Source: Adineta vaga (lineage: Eukaryota > Animalia > Rotifera). Taken from it: a DNA stretch of 64,000 nt. The stretch lies in assembly GCA_021613535.1 (NCBI GenBank), contig CP075492.1:9858001-9922000 (forward strand), given 5' to 3'. Position numbers and translations under genes: made by a program. Each line of letters starts with the position of its first letter. Position 1 is the first letter of the stretch. Below the pieces are notes generated by a model, which did not search any database, was not told the DNA's origin, and worked only from the letters and a program-made list of their open reading frames with translations. Positions 29,941 through 41,571 of the stretch are shown here, piece by piece.

Positions 29941-31465
29941 TTAATTCCAGATATCCGATGTGCAGTCACCACCCGGATAACGCATTTCATGAGCACGTGC
30001 TGGACCATGTGGTTCGTTTTTGAAGGTCATATAAAAATCTTGATCCAATTTCATTCCACCATTTTCACTATCACAATCAATTTTTGCTAAATAAGATCCA
30101 TCTTGTTTAATTCCCGGATAAAATTGATCATCCCATGATGAATATAATGAATTAGTTACATATAAACGTTTACCATCTAATGATAATTGAATCATTTGTG
30201 GTCCACCATGAACTGAACGTTTATCCTGATAATCACTATCAGTTTTGGTTAAACCACCAAGCCAAACTTGTCCAGTAAGTTTTGGTTTAGCTGGATCAGT
30301 GATATCATATTGACGAACATCACCATGAAACCAATTACAAAAATAGACTAAAACAAAATTCAACTAAGATTATTGTAACCCAAAAAAAATACATACTAAA
30401 TTTATCATTCAAGGAAATGAGCATATCGGATATGATGGCTGGTATTGGTTGTCCATCATTACCAGTTAAAAATTCAACTTGAATAACTTTTTCAACTTGC
30501 CATTCATTAGATTGATCTTGATAAAATCGAAAAACTGAACTACCTAATGCACAAACGACATAACCATAAGGAGTAGGTGGACTATGACAAAAACGTAATT
30601 CAAGAGGAATCAATCCATCAGCACCAAGATCAACTGTTTTTAAATATTTACGTTCTGACCAATCCCAAAAATGTAATGAACGACCATATTTATTTAGAGC
30701 AACATCATTTGGATTAAATCCTAAACAAGATAAATGTATCATGAAAGAACTATGAAAATGTCTTTTTTACCTTTTTCAAATACACTTGGCGCTGCCCATT
30801 CACTACTAACCATAATATTATGTCTTGGTTTATACCAATAATCATAATAAAATTGAACATTTGATGAAACGTTTTCACTATTCCATCGACCGGTGACTTC
30901 AAAATTTTCATTTAATAAAGCAAAACCTCCTGGTAATTCACCTTTAGCATTTCCCAAACATGAGATCATAATATCTCCACTACCTAAAATCAATTTCGAA
31001 TAAAACTTCTTCATTATTATGAATAGATTTTCTTCATTTACCTAAACAATGAACTGTATGTGGTGCACTTAAATTCAATTTTTTCAACTCTTCACTGTCA
31101 ATTGTTTTATATAAACTTGGTTTTTTCTCATCAGCTGTATCAATAATATAAATTTTTGATGATTTAAAACCGCCTAAGACAATAAATCGTCGTTCTTTAT
31201 TACAATCACCGTGACATGATGAACAAGCATTCCAGCCAAAATGATGAAATTCATCATTAATATTTGGTGAATATAATCGACTAATCACTTTTTGATAATC
31301 AGGAGAATTTGGATCAACATCAACTGTTGCCAAATAATCAGGTTGATCATCTTGACATGAAACCATTGCAATGTATAATAATTTTTCTCGTGGACCATTT
31401 TGCATAGCTTCAAGAGGACTAGCATAGCCAGGTCCTTTCTTACAACAGGATGATAACGACGGCAT
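29941..31465 (-). CDS. SELENBP1: Selenium-binding protein 1 / methanethiol oxidase
   Basis: [65 protein letters not shown]. Confidence 0.97.
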
Positions 31466-32723
31466 GATATATCTAGAACGAAAAGTCCAATGTACATAGA
31501 ACGCAGCACTTATATATGAACAAGAGAACGTGTGTAAACAAATATAAAGATTTTGTGTTTCTTTTCATGGATAAATACAAAAATCGATATGTCGCTGTTA
31601 TAGTATTGTTTTTATGTGAATGCTATCTTATCGTTAAATTTCGATGCATCTGTATGCGAACATGTGTGCGAAAAAGATAAAAATAATGCCCACGTCATCG
31701 ATATATCGTGAAGTGAAATTTGAGAGGACAAAAATTAGAAATAAAGTGACCATTTATGTGCACAGAAATGCACATTCAATTACTTCAAAGCAAATATTGA
31801 TTTTCATCAGAATAACTAGTCATATGGATCATTTATATGTCGATGTCTTTATTTTTTATATAAGAGTAATTTTATGAGAGAGAATACATTTTTCAGCAGT
31901 CTGTTTTATGCGAAAACACTTCAGATATATTTACACACATAGAAGACGTTATTTTTGTATCTTTCAAAAGTTCTATGTCTTGTCAAATTATTTGGCTGAA
32001 TTAATTTCGTACTTATTCTAATATCAACACAGATAAAATAAACAGATTTGTTAGCTTGTTCTTCTATTGGAACATTATGACCTCTTTAGAACTATCAATT
32101 GAATAATTGTCGGAAACAATTCATAAGCAAACTTCTTCTATTTGCTGATGAAGGTCTTGCATAACTGTATTCATTCTAATGTGATTCAATACAATCTTCA
32201 GTTTATACCATAATCATCTGGAATCAATATGTACATCAAGTAAACGATGTTTCTTATTCAGTAGCTTGTATCTTGATTATTTTATCAAATCAGTTACACT
32301 TGAACAATGTCTTTTGCCTTTATTTAATTTGAATGAATTTTTTTATTGATATTACGAATACGATTATGAAACAAAACAAAAAAAGAGAACAGAACTATTA
32401 TATATAATGTAATAGATCAAAAGTTCACATGAATAAATAGATGAACTCTAGAGAATAGAACTGCAATAAGATCTATATACATGCACAATAGATCGAAGAG
32501 AAGAGAGAATGTGTTCTTTTCTTCTTCTTCTTCTTCTTTTTTCTCGTTTTTTTTCTATATATTTAGACCATATTATTGTTTAATAGAAGAAGAGATAAAT
32601 CATCATCTTCACTGATGGTCATCGACACCCAAGAAGAACAAAGTAAATACGATCACATCATATCTAGAGATATCCAACTTAGATAAACATATAGTTACAT
32701 CAAATTCAAACGATAATTGAACG

Positions 32724-33627
32724 ATGTTATTTCCTCTTCTATTAATAGCTGTTACTCAAATTATATTTATAAGTAAATGAAATAACTATTTGAAAGAAAA
32801 TGTATTTTTTTTAAATTATTATTTAACGAATGCGATAGATACCCTGGAAACAACATTACCTATATCAATAATCTTTGATGGCTTTACATTAGAATCCGTA
32901 ATAGTTTGTTGAGAATTATATTCATTTGATAATTGTCTTGTTTTTCATTCTAGTGGAATAAAGATTCGATGTGGAATAAAACTCGATTATCAATAGTACA
33001 ACATTTAAATAAATTTTGCAAACATGATATTAATTGTGATGCTGAGTAAGTTGAAAGATTTATTTAAATATATATCTCAAAGTCTTCAATAGATATGGTA
33101 TTGATAATATTCATTTATTGAATGTAATTCAACATGAATTTTCTTCAATTCATTTGCTTATCACTGCAGATAAACCATTATTAAATCAAACAAATGAAAA
33201 TTCCTTCTATAATTATACTGCACTTCTAACAGGTTTTCATTTTCTTTACAACAAAATTATTGATTTGATTATTTAACTTTCCAGGTGCACTTTATCAAGC
33301 GAAAATCGATATTGAACATTTGCATGATAATCAATTATTAAATAGAATAATTTATTCAACAACGCATTCTCATCAGAATTCAATTCTTAATCGAACTAGT
33401 CGATTATTATCTGTTCTTTTGGGAATAATTCTAGTTGCTATTGTATTTGCTTTGACAATCTTTTCTTTTCAAAAAATGTACGTAGAATTAAAAAGATATT
33501 TGATTCAATGCAAGTTTGATATTATTTTAGTCGACAACATCATTATTCCAAATTATTTCAAGGCACACAAATGCGTCAACAAGCACAAGACGATGATTGC
33601 CAATCGACTTCCGTCTTACATTCATGA
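32724..33627 (+). CDS. Uncharacterised single-pass type I membrane protein (6 exons)
   Basis: Hand-spliced open frame: signal peptide MLFPLLLIAVTQIIFI, ectodomain with two Cys and N-glycan sequons, TM LLSVLLGIILVAIVFALTIFSF, short tail; all introns GT-AG. Confidence 0.65.
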
Positions 33628-33813
33628 AATAACACAAAAAAGCACGTTTGACATTTTTGATAAACTATCGCAACTTTGACGTTTACAATGTCAGGAGAAT
33701 TTCAGTTTATAATACAGTATTTGTTTATTCTTATTAATATATACACTATGTCAATTAGAATTCTTCAACTAATTAAAATTGAATGTAAAAATCTATGTGA
33801 GATTAGTAATATA

Positions 33814-34629
33814 TTAGATTTTTATTGATGATGTGCATTCAAAAGTGGCAATAACAGCATTATGATCAGTTGATCGACGAGTATCAACAATAAAGCATTC
33901 AACTAATTTCCATTGATCATTAAATAATGGACGATGAAGAATATAATCAATTCTAGTACCATATGGACATGTGACTACTTTCCTATCTCTAAATTGTGGA
34001 TTTATTTGTCGAAAGCTATCTTGAAAACCGTATGTTTGAGTTAATGATTGAATCAATTCAAATCTTGGTTGTTCCCATCCACTTAATTCTCGTTTTTTTA
34101 TAATAGTCTCATATAAATATTCATTAGAATAATCCTCCCGTGTTAATGCATTCAGATCACCAATGAGAATGTTAATGTCATGTTTATCTAAAGAAAATTC
34201 TTTCATTTGTAATAAACGATCATCTTCATCGAAATGATCAAGATGCGTAACAGCAAATGTACGATTATGAACAAAAGGATGATCTCCATCTAAACGACAT
34301 CGAAGTATTGCTCGACTACCACCCGTATAGTATTGTTGTGTCACTTGATTATACTGTTCAATGATCGGATAACGAGACGCAATAGCATTACCAAAAGATA
34401 AACCACCACTTAATCCAACAGCTGTGTAATTTAATGACAGTTGTTCGTGAAGAATAGTCCAGTTATTATCATGACGCATTTCTTCAACAGCAAGTAAATC
34501 AAGATTATATGGGGCAAGAATCGATGCTAATACTTTAGCATTACTTTTTCGTGAAAATGGACTTCGAAATGAATGAACATTAACAGTACCTATTCGAAAT
34601 CTTGCCGAAGAAGTTGCATGTTGAGTCAT
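33814..34629 (-). CDS. Endonuclease/exonuclease/phosphatase (DNase I-like, EEP) protein, intronless
   Basis: Motifs TVNVH, AVEE, GNAIASRYPI, THLDH, IGDLNA, GTRIDYIL, TDHNAV. Confidence 0.93.
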   Translation of the reverse strand: MTQHATSSARFRIGTVNVHSFRSPFSRKSNAKVLASILAPYNLDLLAVEEMRHDNNWTILHEQLSLNYTAVGLSGGLSFGNAIASRYPIIEQYNQVTQQYYTGGSRAILRCRLDGDHPFVHNRTFAVTHLDHFDEDDRLLQMKEFSLDKHDINILIGDLNALTREDYSNEYLYETIIKKRELSGWEQPRFELIQSLTQTYGFQDSFRQINPQFRDRKVVTCPYGTRIDYILHRPLFNDQWKLVECFIVDTRRSTDHNAVIATFECTSSIKI

Positions 34630-34778
34630 TGAGAATCTAATATAATGTTGTTGTTATTGTTATCATCTGTTTCTGTGTTATGAAATTACATATACTTATT
34701 TAACGGAAAAAAAGCACGTGTAATTTCTTCACCATCATATGTTTTTCTCTTTCATTTACAAAAAAACAAAACAAATTT

Positions 34779-35790
34779 TTATTTTAGATTAAAAAATTCC
34801 TGAAGAACATTTGTATTTCTTTTTAATAAATTTGTCCATTGATCATTTTGAAGAATACTCTTTGTTACATAGGCACTTATTGTTAATATACCTAATATTG
34901 GACAATTTTCTTTTTTGTTGATTAATAATGATGATGATTTTAAATAAGGTGAATCCGTTTCGAAAACAAATCTTTGTTGATTTTCTGTTTCATCTAATTC
35001 TTGAATTAATCGTTGTAAAGGTTTTTCACCTGAATGACAACACATACCACCAATACTCAATACACTCGATGGGAAATAATTAAGAAATTCTCGATAAACT
35101 AATGCACCTTTCGAATTACAACAATGCCATTGAATTTTCATCGACGAATCTAATGCATTGTTTTTCAGCATATCAAATAATTGTTGATCAAATTGACGAC
35201 AATGAATAATTAATGGTAAATGAAATTCATTAGCTAATTTAATTTGTGATATAAAGATTTCAGTTTGTAATGATAAGTGTTCATTATTGAGTATATCAAG
35301 ACCACATTCACCAATGCCAACCATTGGACGTGTTTGAACAAGATGACGAAGACGAAGTAAATCATTCCATGGATTAACACCTAAATAACGTGGATGAATA
35401 CCATATGCTTCATAGAGTCGAACCTTGAGATACAATATATCTTCTAATCTGATTCAGGTCTATGAAAGAATCTACTTTTGATTTGAGAGATTCAGGAATG
35501 ATTGAAAATGTATCGTCCCACATCGAAGATTTGTGAACATTTGTAACACCGATAAATTGTTCGATATTTTCCAATGATTCAATAGTACAAGACCAAGTTT
35601 CATTCAATAATCGATCATGAAAATGACCATCCGTAAGATGAATAGATTCCGTTAGATGTAATAGTTGACAATTGACATCTTTACATGTTCCATTCAGTAA
35701 ACTATCATCACAAACATCTTTTATGATTGCTTCTTGTGTGACATTATTGTCTGGAGTTATTTGATCAGATCTCTTTTCTTTTTTATTCAT
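34779..35790 (-). CDS. TatD-family 3'-5' exonuclease/AP endonuclease with N-terminal CCCH-like zinc finger
   Basis: DGHFH, YGIHP, IGECGLD, LPLIIHCR, QWHC, FETDSPY; one ~52 nt intron joins ORFs 35410-35790 and 34779-35435; CDDSLLNGTCKDVNCQLLH upstream. Confidence 0.9.
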
Positions 35791-36189
35791 CTATAAAGAT
35801 AGAATTACATGTTCAAACAGTATCGTTACAAAATGTTGCTATTTGTTTATACGAACTATCTGACAAAATCTTGTAGAAAATAATACGAATTCCTTTGTTC
35901 TTGATAGTAAATAAATTGAAAATGTCAATGTAGTTCAAATTTTTCTGACAATTAAAATAATTTATTTTATTCATTACCATTGATAAAATACACATATAAA
36001 TACATTGAGTAAATCACAAAGACACACACACATACACATTGAAAATATTAGAAGGAAGACAATTGCATGATCATTCGATTTTTAAGGAAAGGAAACTAGA
36101 CATATAAAGAAAGAAAGAAAAGCAAAAACTGTTTCTCGATTCATTTGTTTTTATGACTAAAAGAATTCTTCTTGATTATCTGATTGTTT

Positions 36190-37085
36190 TCAATTGTCCT
36201 TTTTCTCATCAGTAATTGTTTGAATTGTTTGATACGCATCAATCATTCGTTGTCGAGTTATTTCGATTAATCGTGAGAGATCTCTATCGATGGTCATGCC
36301 TTTTGTATCAATTGATTCAAGACATTTTATTGTAACACAACCATGACGCCAATAAAAACTATGAGTTGCTTTATCAGCATTATAAATCGATTTATACGAA
36401 GAAAAAACCACTGGAACAATTGGAACTTGAGCTTGAATAGCCAAACGGAAAGCTCCAACTTTAAATGGAAGAAACGTCTCCGTCATATTTCGTGTTCCTA
36501 TTTAAAAAAGAACCAAAATTCAACAGATGTTCTAATTCAATTCATTACCTTCAGGAAATACCCATAATCTCAATGATTTCTCTTGTACTTTCTTAGTTAC
36601 ATGTTGCATTGTTTCAGTAGATTTATCTCGATTTTTTCGATCAACATATTCTAAACCAGCTAACCATGCACTAAAACCAAATGGTAATGCCCATATTAAT
36701 TCTTTCTTCGCTAAAATTGTACAATAACGTATATGTTCTGGCCAAAGTTTCATCATGCCAATAAAATCTATTGAAGATTGATGATTAGCAACAATAACAC
36801 ACGGTCCTTCTCGATCTAAAACTTTCGCATTTTCAATGCGATACTTTATACCAAATAAAGTAAAAACTGGATTGAGGATCATTGCACCAATCGGATATTA
36901 AATGCATCACGTGGTCGAATGATAAAGACTGGTATAATGACGACAGATATTAACATAACATAACCAACATAGAGAATATATTTGAGTACATAGAGTTGTT
37001 TTTCATTGAGAATATATTTTGTAAGAAAATAGATTAATATGATAGTAGAAATGAAACCAATAGGATAGATATAAAAAATTGTCAT
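36190..37085 (-). CDS. 1-acyl-sn-glycerol-3-phosphate acyltransferase (AGPAT1/2-like); apparent frameshift at ~36891
   Basis: NHQSSID, VFPEGT, LPFKVGAF motifs; reading frame breaks at NIR|IGAM. Confidence 0.9.
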
Positions 37086-37608
37086 TGTTCTGTTTTTTTT
37101 TGTTGAATGATCTAAAAATAAGAAGAACCATTTATTTGATTAGATTTAAATACAAAAGACAAAATATAGAAATATAGTATGACATTAAAGGGAAACCAAC
37201 TTCACTACTTAAATTTACACTTGTTCTATCTTTCACATATCTTCAAAATTTTAAAAAAAACATACAAATGCTATTTTCATTTATACTTTTAGTATTATTA
37301 CTATCATAGCGAGATTGTTGAAAAGAAACAAATGCAAGAAAAATACAAAAAAAATATGGAAACAAAATTGAACACCTTCATATATAATAACAATCGAGAA
37401 TAGAATGGCCAGAGAAAAAATATAGAACAGATATGTATCTCATACGATCAATACAAAAACAAAAATAGAAAAATACAATAATATCAAAGATATTTACTCA
37501 ATGATTTTTGAATAAATCAAATATTTACAAGAAAAATAACTATCCACAGAAATCTTTTTACTATTTGAGAATGATTTCTTTTCATTTATGGCTAAATGAT
37601 ATTCTTCT

Positions 37609-39587
37609 TTAAATAATACTGGAATAATGACGAAACATATTTGAACCGGCTAATTTACATTGTTGTTTTAATGCAAATGAACTTGGTGATGTCATGATTG
37701 GATTAAAATTTGAACAATAAATTGGTGTTTTAGGTGAATGAATTGATAATATACGTGAATGATCATTCGGTGTAGAAACACTTTGTTGTTGTGGAACAAG
37801 AAGTGATTGAGTTGGAGAAACAAAACTTGATTGAAATTGAAGATTACTATTGTTAATATCCGTAGGTAAAATTTGTAAATCTATTGCGTTTGTTAAAAAA
37901 TAATGATCAAGTAATTTTTTATTTAATAAAAAATTCTTTTCACGTTCTTGTTTTAAACTATGTCTAAAATAATGCAAAAAAAAACAAAATTGACAACTTT
38001 CTATCTTTCGAACAACTCAGACATACCGAAGAGTTTCACGACTTGTTGGTTCCGATGGATAAACCGTTGGATCAAGTAATAGCTAAAGAAGAAGAAAAAA
38101 ATAAAAGCTCTTAACTAAACTTATCATTATAAAGACGGAAGTATTTTCATAGATCATTGTACTTCAATGATAATAGAAATTTGAGTATCTACTTAAAGAA
38201 TGACGAACAACAATATTAAATTATATAGTTGTCACAATCTATTCTATTCTATTCTATTTTGTATGAACATAATATCTTACTTCACGTGCTGATGGTCGTT
38301 GATGTGGATGAATGTTACACATGCGATCGAGTATTAAATTATTGAATTCTTTTGAACACTGTGGAATTGGACGTAAATACTGTAAAGTATTTAATCGAAC
38401 TTGTTGCCATTCATTACCTTCTTTTGGTAAATTGTAATTCATTGCACCAACATATATCGTTAATCCTAATGAAAATATATCGCATTTATCTAATTCAACA
38501 TTTCCTATATGCACTTTTGTAACATTTCTAATGCCAAATATCGACTATCACCATCTTCATCTGTTAAATTTGAACTTATTTGACTAACATGTCCAAGATC
38601 AGTTAATTTATATCGGACATCATTATCGGAATATTCACATACCATAATGTTTGCTGGTTTAATGTCTAAATGTGCTAAATCTTTGCTATGAAGAAATGTT
38701 AAAACATCACTAATTTGATGAAGGATCGTTTTTAAAATCGATTCATTAAAATTAATATTTGATTGGCGATTTTTTTCGATTAAATCTTCTAATGAACCAC
38801 CATTACAATACTCCAATTGAATAAAAAATCGACCATCGGATTCGATCCATGCTGAATAATAACGAACTAAATTTTCATGTGATGTTAACATTGCATAAGC
38901 ACAAATTTCACGCCAAGCTAATTGTTCATAACTCGTACCGATTATTGGTTGTTTCGATGATTTAATCGCATAATTCAAACCATCAAGTCGATTCGTACAT
39001 AGATAAACATGAGAAAATTCTCCGTAACCAAGAAATGATTCATGATGAAATTCTTGTTCAAATCGTTGAATAGATAATGAAAGAAGAGATTGACGTTTCG
39101 CAACTAAACGAGTATGATAACGATGTTTAGCAAATGGATTAATATTAATAAGATCAGGAATAATTGTTGATGAAAGATGAAGAGATTCATCATGATGACG
39201 ACTACGACGTTGAATTTTTGGTGATTGAAATGTATTTTCTTGAACATAATCAAGATTTTTACGACGTGTGTATGGTGATTGATTGGGTGTTTGAAGTGAA
39301 ATTTGTTCAAATTTATCGTCACTTCGTTTACGTTTTTTGTTTGTTGAAATAGAAAAATCTGATAGGGTTGATTCAAGATAATTAGAATTATCTTCACTAT
39401 TTAATGAATCATCGAAATGCATTGATAAACGTTGATTTAAAATAAATTTCGGTGAAAATGATAGTCGAGTATGTTGAGTAAATTGTGATGATAAACAAGT
39501 ACTACTATCATTTGACTGTTGACTGCCAGGATTCGATTCATCGGAATCGAAAACAAGTGCAGGTATTGGACTTGAAAGCAATGGCAT
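37609..39587 (-). CDS. WEE1: Wee1-like protein kinase; apparent frameshift at ~38515
   Basis: Wee-box NINPF, GYGEFSHV, YAIKSS, HENLVRYYSAW, EYCNGGSL, HLDIKPAN, DLGHV, DGDSRYLA, DIFSLGLT; C-terminal coiled coil. Confidence 0.92.
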
Positions 39588-39957
39588 TATCAGTAAATCT
39601 AAAACATATAATCTAAAAGTACGATATAACAATGTGATGTGATTTCATCTTTGTTCAGACAATCGACTGATTGATTGACCGTCCGGGTCAAACTACAGAT
39701 ATATAGATGATACAAAGCAATAGTATGGAATACACCAATCATATGATACGTTTTTATGAGCGACGTCTATCGGAAAATGAATACACTAAAGATGTATTTC
39801 ATAGTCTTAACAGTAAAACAGCAAGGGTATCAGCGCATAACTATAGATCATTCAATAACTAATAAAGTAGAGAATTCTCATTCATGCTTAGTTTTCTCTA
39901 TGAGATATATGGATACATATTCGTTGTTATTGAGTATATATCTTGACGAGAAATATT

Positions 39958-40287
39958 GATATGTAACTAACAAATGAACTGCTTGGAGCATACTTAAATG
40001 ATGCTAATTATAAGTTGCCTGACTCATTCATTCTCGCCTCAGACTAGTCGTTAGAAACGATAAACAATACGAAAAGCGGACGAAAGATGAAAATGAGTAT
40101 CCGACGGTTATAGTGACTGAGGATCATGTTTGATACGATGGATAATTTAAACTGTTATGTTCATGAATCTGTAATCACCTATGTATCAGCTTAGTGATGA
40201 ATTATTTTCAAAGTTATATCGTTACATATATAGAAAGTTTTCGTTTGTACTGATAAAATCAAGCTTTTCATCAATGATAATCATCGA
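39958..40287 (+). repeat. Dispersed ~330 bp repeat, copy A (probable non-autonomous TE fragment)
   Basis: Near-identical in reverse complement to 63218-63549, e.g. shared gaactgcttggagcatacttaaatgatgcta...gaaaagcggacgaaagatgaaaatgagtatccga...gttatatcgttacatatatagaaa. Confidence 0.9.
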
Positions 40288-40722
40288 ACTCAAACTGCGT
40301 TAAGGAATTAAATTTACTTCAGAGTAATTTTTAGTATTTATTGATGATAAGATTATGTGTGAATATTATTATATCATTTTCATACATCATAGTATTGCTT
40401 GAGATTGACGTCTGCTGACAAATTTATGTCATCTATACTGTGTGAACAAATCTGTATGCATATTTATTCGTTCAAGATTGTTTACATGGCAAAGAGTACG
40501 AGTACAAAATAGCTGCATAAAATATTCGCTTCAATACTTAAAGCAGACATGACATATTGAAAGAATGAAAGGTACACAGAAACTATCTGCATTTATCAAC
40601 TTGCCTCGATAAATATCTCCATGCTAACGAACAACACACGCATACATATATATATATATATATTGTGCAACAAAGTACAATATGAACACATTCGACAGAA
40701 CGCAATAAGACACAGGACCAAT

Positions 40723-41494
40723 ATGAGTGATGGTGATGAAATTAACAATTCTATACAAGAATTAATTCAATGCTCAGCATGTTTAAGACGAATGCGTTCA
40801 GATGTTTTTACTAAACATCCGAATGTTTGTCCAAAAAATCTGACGAAGCAACGAACTGTTCCAATCTTTGATATGACACGATATCGTTCAGTTAAAGCAG
40901 GTGATCAAGTTATACCCGTATGTAAAATATCATCTAGTAATAACAAAAAACCAAATAATATCAATGTACGACCTTCTCAAACACGTAGTACTAAACGTGA
41001 TCGTCATTCAGATACACTCGTACCACCTATCATCAATAACTTTTGTATGTAAATACATTTTACGAGAAGAAAAAAAAGACACATTAAATTTCAACGTTTC
41101 AATATATTCTAGGTTGTCCAACATGTAAACGTACATTTTGTGAAAAAGCTTATGATCGTCATGTAGCATTTTGTACACAAAAGATCAAACAAATTCAACA
41201 ACCACCATCTGATGATGTGCTACTCGCTCGATTTAAACTCGATCGACGAATTAAATTTGGTTCTAATCGAATTGTTTCAACATTTTCTAAAACAGCTCCA
41301 AATCTTCCAAAACCTCATATCAATCAAGATCCACCGAAAGAAAAACTTCCATCACAACCATTCTGTCTATTATCTTTAGGAAAGAACTTCCTGCAAGTGG
41401 TTTAGCTTATTGTCCATGGTGTTCGAAACCATATATTCCGAATTGTATACATTATTGTCGAAGATCAAAAGATCGATTTTCTCTTCATTCTTAA
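40723..41494 (+). CDS. ZC2HC1/FAM164-like zinc finger protein; lesion before C-terminal zinc ribbon
   Basis: Two C2HC fingers (CSACLRRM...KHPNVC; CPTCKRTF...RHVAFC) and C-terminal FC..(CG)KELPASGLAYCPWC ribbon, out of frame at ~41375. Confidence 0.72.
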
Positions 41495-41571
41495 GAATAA
41501 ATTCATTTCAAGTGAGAAAACAAAAATCGAATGTATATATTTGGCAGTTTAAGCAATAGGAAAACAGTACT

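Noticed and set aside
38082-38280. Long Wee1 intron as a snoRNA host
   Set aside because: No box C/D or H/ACA motifs with terminal stems; contains only a short (ATTCT)n repeat
38500-38525. Programmed ribosomal frameshifting as the explanation for the Wee1/AGPAT breaks
   Set aside because: No X XXY YYZ slippery heptamer or evident downstream stimulatory structure
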